Origin: an uncultured Hyphomicrobiaceae bacterium
Lineage (GTDB): Bacteria; Pseudomonadota; Alphaproteobacteria; Rhizobiales; CAMYJA01
Length of the DNA stretch: 64,000 nucleotides
Assembly: GCA_947258705.1 (NCBI GenBank)
Contig: CAMYJA010000014.1
Span: 272-64,271, forward strand
Reading direction: 5' to 3'
Every line of letters begins with the position of its first letter. The first letter of the stretch is position 1. Below the pieces are notes generated by a model. It did no database searches. It saw only the letters and a program-made list of their open reading frames with translations, and was not told where the DNA came from. Positions 57,338 to 64,000 of this stretch are shown here, piece by piece. The position numbers and the translations under genes are program-made.

Positions 57338-57925
57338 ATGGAACAAGCTGCATCTAGACCGGTTCTATTGAGCCTGCCCAATTGCCTGACTTATGCGCGC
57401 ATTGCCGCCGTACCTGCCCTTGTCGCCTGTTTTTTCTTTATTGAAGGCGAGAACGCACGCTGGCTGGCATTCGCTATTTTCGTTAGCGCCGGTATCACGG
57501 ATTTTCTCGACGGCTATCTTGCGCGGGCATGGCAGCAGCAATCGTCGCTGGGGGCCATGCTTGACCCGATCGCGGACAAGCTTCTCGTCGGCGCCGCACT
57601 TCTCATGCTGGTGGCGGATCAGACGATTTCCGGGTGGTCGATATGGGCCGCCATAATCATTTTGTGCCGCGAAATCCTCGTGTCGGGTCTGCGTGAATTT
57701 CTGGCCGAGCTCGATGTCAGCGTGCCGGTTACCCAGCTCGCCAAGATCAAAACGACCGCTCAGATCATTGCGCTCGGTTTCCTCATCGCCGGGCCCGCGG
57801 GAGACAATTATTTCCCTTGGGTCACTACGACGGGGCTGTCGCTTTTGTGGATCTCGGCGTTGATCACGCTTTTTACAGGTTATGATTATCTCAAGGCCAG
57901 CCTGGACCATGTCATCGACGATTAG
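57338..57925 (+). CDS. pgsA: CDP-diacylglycerol--glycerol-3-phosphate 3-phosphatidyltransferase
   Basis: CDP-alcohol phosphatidyltransferase motif DFLDGYLAR...GAMLDPIADK. Follows uvrC, as is common in Alphaproteobacteria. Confidence 0.9.
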   Translation: MEQAASRPVLLSLPNCLTYARIAAVPALVACFFFIEGENARWLAFAIFVSAGITDFLDGYLARAWQQQSSLGAMLDPIADKLLVGAALLMLVADQTISGWSIWAAIIILCREILVSGLREFLAELDVSVPVTQLAKIKTTAQIIALGFLIAGPAGDNYFPWVTTTGLSLLWISALITLFTGYDYLKASLDHVIDD

Positions 57926-58093
57926 CGCCCGTGGCCCTGGAAAATGAGGGACTTGATCACGCTCATGTCCCGCAATTTCGGACAATGAACTCAAGAATAT
58001 TCATAGAGCGCCTTTAAGGCCGACCGTGCAGACCTATGATCCGGCCCGGACCAGCTCTCTCTCCGGCACAGCCGCGCACGCAAGGAAGACCGT

Positions 58094-58351
58094 ATGACCG
58101 TTAAATTTCTTTATTTCGCCTGGGTAAGAGAGCAGACCGGGATCAGCGAGGAAGAAATTGCCCTGCCGCCCGAGGTCAAGGACGTGGCAGGTCTCATCGC
58201 ATGGCAGCGCGAACGCGGGCCTGAATTCGCAGCCGTATTCGGGCGGGATGAAATCATCAGGGTGGCGGTCGACAGGAAACATGCGCTTCGGGACACGACG
58301 CTTGACGGTGCACGGGAGATCGCGTTCTTCCCTCCCGTAACCGGCGGCTAG
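58094..58351 (+). CDS. moaD: molybdopterin synthase sulfur-carrier subunit
   Basis: 85 aa, ubiquitin-like, ending in FPPVTGG (C-terminal Gly-Gly). Confidence 0.9.
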   Translation: MTVKFLYFAWVREQTGISEEEIALPPEVKDVAGLIAWQRERGPEFAAVFGRDEIIRVAVDRKHALRDTTLDGAREIAFFPPVTGG

Positions 58352-58376
58352 TTACGACAGGTTCGGGGATTGCGCG

Positions 58377-58832
58377 GTGATACGGGTTCAGAAAGAGGAT
58401 TTCGATATTGGCGGCGAGGTCGATGCGCTCAGAAAAGGGCGGACCGATATCGGCGCGATTGTAAGCTTTACGGGCACGGTACGGGACGGCGGGGCCGACA
58501 ATCCGCTCTCGAGCATGACGCTTGAACATTACGCCGGCATGACCGAGCAGGAGCTGGAACGGATCGAGAAGGAGGCCCGCAGGCGTTGGCCGCTTGCGGA
58601 GACGCTCATCATTCATCGCTACGGCACGCTGCGTCCCGGCGACAATATCGTCCTCGTGATCACCGCTTCCGCGCATCGGCAGGCCGCTTTCGAGGCGGCA
58701 TCCTTTTTGATGGATTATCTTAAAACCAATGCCCCTTTCTGGAAAAAGGAAACGGGTGCGGATGGCGAAAGCTGGGTCGAGGCAAAGGACGGCGATGACG
58801 CCGCGCTCAGCCGGTGGGAAGCGGAAGACTAG
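58377..58832 (+). CDS. moaE: molybdopterin synthase catalytic subunit
   Basis: 151 aa with the MoaE pattern (GAIVSFTGTVRD...LEHYAGM...APFWKKE). Directly after moaD. Confidence 0.9.
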   Translation: MIRVQKEDFDIGGEVDALRKGRTDIGAIVSFTGTVRDGGADNPLSSMTLEHYAGMTEQELERIEKEARRRWPLAETLIIHRYGTLRPGDNIVLVITASAHRQAAFEAASFLMDYLKTNAPFWKKETGADGESWVEAKDGDDAALSRWEAED

Positions 58833-58884
58833 CCGGCTGGCCCTTGCCGGATGATCTTTTCCGGATCATCTTCGCCGGAATATC

Positions 58885-59781
58885 CTAGCCGGCCTTGGCC
58901 GTCACGCCGGCCGGAGTGACCTCGGCCATGTAATCTTCGAACAGGGTTTTCGAAATTTCGCCTGGCGTGAAGTGATGCGGTCCGATTTCCGAGACCGGGG
59001 TCACTTCGGCAGCGGAGCCGGTAATGAAACATTCTGAAAAGCCGTTGAGCTCTTCCGGCATGATGCGCCGCTCGACCACTTCCCAACCGCGCTTTTTCGC
59101 CAGGCCAATGACCGTGCGCCGGGTAATGCCATCCAAAAAGCAATCGGCCACGGGCGTGTGTATGACGCCGTCCTTGATGAAAAAGATGTTGGCGCCGGTA
59201 CATTCCGCAACCCTGCCCTGCCAGTCATACATCATGGCATCGGCGTATCCGGCTGCCTCGGCCCGGTGTTTTTCCAACGTGCAGATCATGTAGAGGCCGG
59301 CCGCCTTCGCCTTGACAGGCGCGGTCGCCGGATCGGGCCTGCGATATTCCGCGATGGTCAGGCGAATGCCTTTCAGGCGTTCTTCGAGAGGAAAATACGA
59401 TCCCCATTCCCAGGCAGCCACCGCAAAGTTGATCTTGTTGTTCTGAGCTGCGACACCCATTTGCTCACTGCCGCGCCAGGCAATCGGCCGGACATAGCAA
59501 TCGGTCAGCTTGTTGGCGTTCATGGCATCGATAGAAGCCCGATCGATTTCTTCGACGCTATAAGGGATTTCAAATCCGAGGATCTCGGCCGAATCGCGCA
59601 GACGCTGGGAATGCTCCGTTAATTTGTATATGCTGCCTCCATAGGCCCGCTGGCCCTCGAAGACAGAGCTTGCATAGTGAAGGGCATGAGTGAGGAGGTG
59701 GACTTTGGCGTCGCGCCATGGAACAAGCTCTCCATTGAACCAGATGAAACCGTCGCGATCATCATAGGGTATGTTTGCCAT
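58885..59781 (-). CDS. ilvE: branched-chain amino acid aminotransferase
   Basis: 298 aa, fold-type IV aminotransferase pattern (HALHYASSVFEGQRAY, EVVERRI, GSAAEVTPV). Confidence 0.9.
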   Translation of the reverse strand: MANIPYDDRDGFIWFNGELVPWRDAKVHLLTHALHYASSVFEGQRAYGGSIYKLTEHSQRLRDSAEILGFEIPYSVEEIDRASIDAMNANKLTDCYVRPIAWRGSEQMGVAAQNNKINFAVAAWEWGSYFPLEERLKGIRLTIAEYRRPDPATAPVKAKAAGLYMICTLEKHRAEAAGYADAMMYDWQGRVAECTGANIFFIKDGVIHTPVADCFLDGITRRTVIGLAKKRGWEVVERRIMPEELNGFSECFITGSAAEVTPVSEIGPHHFTPGEISKTLFEDYMAEVTPAGVTAKAG

Positions 59782-60163
59782 TTTTCTGGGTTCCTTGGAC
59801 CGGATGGCGTTAACGAACGGCTATCCGGCCGGTTCTCAATTTTGCATGAATCCTGCACGGATCGGAGGTCGGCCGCATTGATGAATACCGGCCCGGCCTC
59901 CATCGCACCACTCTATCGACAGTGAGTTCGGCCATTGCATTCGACGACATTGAAAGTACACTCGTTTTTTCAGTGCCAGCCTCATTGTACCGGTCATAAT
60001 TTGGTCTTTCCAGACTTGCACCAAATGCCTGTCAGATGTAACTTTCGGGAAAATATAAGTCAACATGGCTGACATAACTGTAAATATGTACGACAACGGC
60101 CCCCATCGATCCCGCCGACGTCATGAAAACGAGCGAGGTGCGCATCCCGCCGGGGATGATTTC

Positions 60164-60649
60164 ATGGCCATCGCCGAACTCCTGTTTTTCGCCTATCGGG
60201 ATTTCATCGGCGAACCGGATTCCGTACTCCAGGAATACGGATTCGGCCGGGCCCATCACCGCGTTCTTCATTTTGTCTGGCGACATCCGGGCATGCGGGT
60301 GGCGGACCTGCTCGACATTCTGAACATTACCAAGCAAAGCCTTGCGCGGGTATTGAAACAGCTCGTCGATGACGGGCTGGTTTTGCAGGAGGAAGGGGCC
60401 AATGACCGGCGTGAGCGGCGGCTGCATCTAACGGAAAAGGGGCTGGTGCTTGCCGACAAGCTTTCGGCGTTCCAACGAAAACGCATCTCACGGGCGTTGG
60501 CCGAAGCCGGCCCTGAAGGCTGCTCGGCCGTACGGCAGTTCCTTTTGTCCATGGTCGCCGAAGAGGACCAGCCGCGCGTCAGGGAGCTGATTGAAGCGAA
60601 GGTTGCACCCGATATGTGGCGTGCCCGGGAAGTGGAACGACATGACTGA
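60164..60649 (+). CDS. MarR-family transcriptional regulator
   Basis: Winged-helix block VADLLDILNITKQSLARVLKQLVDDGLV...DRRERRLHLTEKG. The track start at 60065 is possible. Confidence 0.8.
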   Translation: MAIAELLFFAYRDFIGEPDSVLQEYGFGRAHHRVLHFVWRHPGMRVADLLDILNITKQSLARVLKQLVDDGLVLQEEGANDRRERRLHLTEKGLVLADKLSAFQRKRISRALAEAGPEGCSAVRQFLLSMVAEEDQPRVRELIEAKVAPDMWRAREVERHD

Positions 60650-61364
60650 AAATAATCCCGGCAACAGAAACGCCGCGAAAGACCAGCCTGCGGACAACGC
60701 CTTTCATCTGCTTATTGTGGATGACGACCAGAGGCTGCGAGATCTTATCGGCCGTTTTTTACAGGAGAACGGATTTCGGATCACGCGGGCGGAACACGCC
60801 GAGGCGGCGCGCCAGGCGATGCAGGGGCTGCAATTCGACCTGATCGTTCTGGATGTCATGATGCCCGGTCAAAACGGATTTGAATTTGCTCAAAGCGTTC
60901 GTGAAAAATCCAATATTCCCATATTGATGCTGACGGCCCGTGACGAACCGGACAAACGCATCAAGGGGCTCGAAATCGGCGTTGATGATTATCTGGCCAA
61001 GCCTTTCGAGCCGCGCGAACTTCTCCTCCGCATCAATAATATTCTCAAGAGATCGCCGGATATCACGACGCAATCGGAACTGCGCATGGGCGCCTACATA
61101 TTTTATGTCGGACGGGGCGAGTTAAAGCGTGACGATCAATCGATCAAGCTGACGGAACGTGAACGCGATCTCCTGCGTATGTTTGCCCAGCGGCCGGGGA
61201 CGCCCATCCCTCGACACGAATTGGCTGGGGGCGAGAATTGCGGCAATGAGCGCGCCGTCGACGTTCAGATCAACAGGTTAAGACAGAAAATCGAAGCCGA
61301 CCCCTCTAATCCGGTATACCTGCAGACCGTCCGGGGAAAAGGGTATATTCTCCATGCCGATTAA
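60642..61364 (+). CDS. OmpR-family response regulator
   Basis: Receiver domain (LLIVDDD...DLIVLDVMMPG...LTARD...K) and a winged-helix C-terminus (YLQTVRGKGYIL). The ATG overlaps the MarR stop (ATGACTGA). Confidence 0.9.
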   Translation: MTENNPGNRNAAKDQPADNAFHLLIVDDDQRLRDLIGRFLQENGFRITRAEHAEAARQAMQGLQFDLIVLDVMMPGQNGFEFAQSVREKSNIPILMLTARDEPDKRIKGLEIGVDDYLAKPFEPRELLLRINNILKRSPDITTQSELRMGAYIFYVGRGELKRDDQSIKLTERERDLLRMFAQRPGTPIPRHELAGGENCGNERAVDVQINRLRQKIEADPSNPVYLQTVRGKGYILHAD

Positions 61365-61382
61365 TATGTAACTGGATAGACG

Positions 61383-62771
61383 ATGGTCGCGACAACGGAT
61401 CGCACATATAAGACAGCCGCAATTAAAGCCTGGCCGGGGCGAATAGCCGACTACATGTCGGACCTGATGCCGAAGGGGCTTTATGGCCGTGCGTTGATCA
61501 TTATCATCGCACCTATCGTGCTGCTTGAATCCATATTGGCTTTCATTTTCATGGAAGCGCATTGGGAAGCGGTTACGCGCCGGCTGTCTGAATCGACCGC
61601 TCGCGATATCGGCGCCCTTGTCGATATTTATGAAAACTATAATCGCGACGACAATTTCAAACAGCTCAAGGATCTCGCATGGGACCGGCTCAGGCTCCAG
61701 CTTCAGGTGCTACCCGCCAGCGAATTGCCGCCGCCAAGACCACGGCCGTTTTTTGCCCTTCTCGATCGCGCCCTTTCGAAGGAAATAAGGAGACGGGTGG
61801 GCAAGCCTTTCTGGATCGACACCGTTGGCAGTTCCAGGCTGGTTGAGATCAGGATCAAACTCGAAACCGCGAATCTGGCTGTTTTTGCCCGCAGGAGCCA
61901 GACCTATGCTTCCAATTCGCATATTTTTCTCATTTGGATGGTTGTGACATCCTTCATCCTGCTCACGGTCGCCATTCTCTTCCTGCGCAACCAGATCAAA
62001 CCCGTCCTCAATCTGAGTGAGGCGGCCGACGCATTCGGCAAAGGCCGGCCGGTACCTCCCGAGTTCCGTCCACGCGGCGCGCGCGAGGTGCGCCAGGCTG
62101 CCAGGGCTTTTCTTGAAATGCGGGACCGTATCGAGAAGCATGTGGAACAGCGAACAACAATGCTCGCGGGGGTGAGCCACGATCTCAGGACCATATTGAC
62201 CCGCTTCAAGCTGCAGCTGGCGATGCTGGAGAACAGTCCGGAGGCGGAAGCCCTGAGTTCCGATGTCGATGAGATGCAGCTGATGCTGGAAGATTACATG
62301 GCCTTTACAAAAGGCGACAGCGGCGAGGAAACGCAACTGACCAAGATCCACGATCTCCTCAAGGAAATTCGTGACGATGGCGCTCATCTTGGCACCCCCA
62401 TCAAACTCAAGGTGACAAAGGCCGGCAAGAGACTGGCCATACCGCTCAGACGGCACGCGATAAAAAGAGCCGTGATCAATCTTGTGAACAATGCCGCGCG
62501 TTACGGAACCCAGATCCACATCAATACCATTGACGATGAAAAATGGCTGAAGATTTCGGTGGAAGACGACGGGCCCGGCATTGCCGCCGATCAACGCGAA
62601 GAAGTATTCCGGCCGTTCTACAGGATTGACAATGCGCGCAATCAGGATATCGGAAATACCGGCCTGGGACTTTCTATTGCGCGTGACATAGCGCAAAACC
62701 ATGGCGGCGACATTCTACTGGAAGAAAGCGCGCTTGGCGGACTGCGCGCGGTGATCGCCATTCCGATTTAA
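61383..62771 (+). CDS. EnvZ-like sensor histidine kinase
   Basis: Two TM helices, a HAMP region, H-box GVSHDLRTILT, and N/G boxes (NLVNNAARYG, DDGPGI, GLGLSIA). Confidence 0.9.
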   Translation: MVATTDRTYKTAAIKAWPGRIADYMSDLMPKGLYGRALIIIIAPIVLLESILAFIFMEAHWEAVTRRLSESTARDIGALVDIYENYNRDDNFKQLKDLAWDRLRLQLQVLPASELPPPRPRPFFALLDRALSKEIRRRVGKPFWIDTVGSSRLVEIRIKLETANLAVFARRSQTYASNSHIFLIWMVVTSFILLTVAILFLRNQIKPVLNLSEAADAFGKGRPVPPEFRPRGAREVRQAARAFLEMRDRIEKHVEQRTTMLAGVSHDLRTILTRFKLQLAMLENSPEAEALSSDVDEMQLMLEDYMAFTKGDSGEETQLTKIHDLLKEIRDDGAHLGTPIKLKVTKAGKRLAIPLRRHAIKRAVINLVNNAARYGTQIHINTIDDEKWLKISVEDDGPGIAADQREEVFRPFYRIDNARNQDIGNTGLGLSIARDIAQNHGGDILLEESALGGLRAVIAIPI

Positions 62772-63210
62772 AGGCATTGCAGAATCTGGCCTGCCCCATT
62801 CATGTGATGCGCCCCGGATAAACCGGTCGGCGCCATTCATGGCCCGAAGCCGAAATCGGCATTCACAGTGCTCATCTCACAATGATTTGTTGCCGGTAAT
62901 TCACTGAATTGCGTTCCGAACTTGACCTCGGGGGCTAATTCCAGTTTTATGGCACTTATATGAATGTTCTAATATATTAATATAGAACTCAAGATGGTGC
63001 GCGCTTTGATTGTAACAAGCCGAGTGGAACGATCAAAATGATAAGCATCACGACTTTGGGAACAGAAGACGGGAAACGCTCACGAACGATCAATTGGGAA
63101 GGCATGTGTTGATTGTCCATCATGTGTTGCACTGATTTTTCGGGGTTCGGCATGAATTGCTCATCATGTCGCGCCCGCATTGTCAAAACCATCAACCGGA
63201 GGCGCGCAGC

Positions 63211-63711
63211 ATGACTGATGCAAACGGCACAAACGCTAAATCCATGTCACTTATCGTGACTAAGGGAACGCTCGACTGGGCCTACCCGCCCTTTATCCTG
63301 GCGACAACAGCGGCCGCCATGGGCGTTAAAGTCAGCATGTTTTTCACATTTTACGGCCTTGCCCTGCTCAAGAAAGATCTAAATCTGCAGATTTCGCCGC
63401 TCGGCAAACCCGATATGGAAATGCCTATGATGGGCATGCACATGAAGATGCCGAATGTGGTTGCCGCGATTCCCGGCGTCAATTCCATGGCAACGACCAT
63501 GATGAAAAACCTGATCGCCAAAAAGGGTGTGGCTTCAATTGAAGATCTTCGCGAAGCCGCCGTCGATTCGGAAGTCCAAATGCTTGGATGCCAGATGACG
63601 CTCGATCTCTTCGAGATGAAGCCGGACGACATGATCGATGGCGTCGAACTTGCCGGCGCCGCGGCCTATATGGAAAATGCGCTGAAATCGGATATCAATC
63701 TGTTTATCTGA
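63211..63711 (+). CDS. DsrE/DsrF-like family protein (DsrE3-type by context)
   Basis: ATG 63211 follows GGAGG. LIVTKGTLDWAYPPFILATTAAAMGVKVSMFFTFYGL and LGCQMT fit the DsrE-like fold. Followed by a TusA-like gene. Confidence 0.75.
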   Translation: MTDANGTNAKSMSLIVTKGTLDWAYPPFILATTAAAMGVKVSMFFTFYGLALLKKDLNLQISPLGKPDMEMPMMGMHMKMPNVVAAIPGVNSMATTMMKNLIAKKGVASIEDLREAAVDSEVQMLGCQMTLDLFEMKPDDMIDGVELAGAAAYMENALKSDINLFI

Positions 63712-63826
63712 TAGACGGCAGAACATATTCCCGTTCCGGCATTGGCCAGACCTATCGGCCACTGTCGGGATTTCGGAAATTATCATTTAAATTCAAACCC
63801 CAACTTATCCTAAGGAGTAATAAAAC

Positions 63827-64000
63827 ATGGCTGACGTAACACTTGACGCAAAAGGACTGAACTGCCCATTGCCCATTTTGAAGGCAAAAAAGGCGATTAA
63901 CGACGTTGCTTCCGGCGGGACTCTGGAGGTTCAGGCGACTGACCCCGGTTCGGTTGCTGATTTCGAAGCTTTTTGCCGGACAACGGGCAATGAGCTGATG
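63827..64000 (+). CDS. TusA/SirA-family sulfur carrier protein (3' end outside window)
   Basis: Absent from the ORF track because there is no stop inside the window. ATG 63827 follows AAGGAG. MADVTLDAKGLNCPLPILKAKKA carries the CPxP active-site motif. Confidence 0.8.
   Translation, partial: MADVTLDAKGLNCPLPILKAKKAINDVASGGTLEVQATDPGSVADFEAFCRTTGNELM

Noticed and set aside
57926-58093. Possible Moco riboswitch in the 168-nt leader of moaD.
   Set aside because: I could not align the leader to the conserved Moco motif elements from memory. Only vague CCGG/CTCC similarity is present. An Infernal scan is needed before any claim.
1-64000. Search for CRISPR arrays, tRNA/rRNA/tmRNA/RNase P/SRP RNA signatures, IS elements, integrases, toxin-antitoxin pairs and known defence-system genes.
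   Set aside because: I found none by eye. There are no repeat-spacer arrays, T-loop GGTTCGAATCC-type motifs or transposase, recombinase or defence ATPase-like ORFs. An automated scan (tRNAscan, Infernal, ISfinder, DefenseFinder) should confirm this.

Overview
This 64-kb chromosomal segment has alphaproteobacterial (Hyphomicrobiales-like) gene content and synteny: mfd-sdhE-recG, glmS-glmU, uvrC-pgsA-moaD-moaE, ilvE, two SPOR-domain genes, and TTAA-N7-TTAAC and GANTC motifs. I call about 60 protein-coding genes, one frame-disrupted outer-membrane beta-barrel gene, several short tandem repeats and a few regulatory or terminator candidates. By eye I found no rRNA, tRNA, CRISPR array, transposase, integrase or phage genes. 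Most of the window is housekeeping. The less ordinary parts are: (1) two diverged soxX-soxA cytochrome modules in tandem next to a CcdA/SoxV-like gene, with no soxYZB, plus a DsrE-like/TusA-like pair at the right edge; (2) a pair of unnamed secreted paralogs, one translationally coupled to an MMPL/RND exporter; (3) a 19-bp x6 tandem array with a GANTC site in every unit; (4) a luxR-luxI quorum-sensing pair in AT-rich spacers, followed by four small secreted proteins; (5) an OMP gene whose frame break falls exactly on an in-phase A_AAT_TTT slippery heptamer; (6) a same-strand run of secreted, hydrolase-like genes of unknown role. I cannot show that any of these is a new system; they are ranked candidates. 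All start-codon choices, identity estimates and GC statements were made by eye, without computation. The ORF track labels alternative starts (GTG/TTG) as M, so several starts were moved to downstream ATGs that have Shine-Dalgarno-like sequences.
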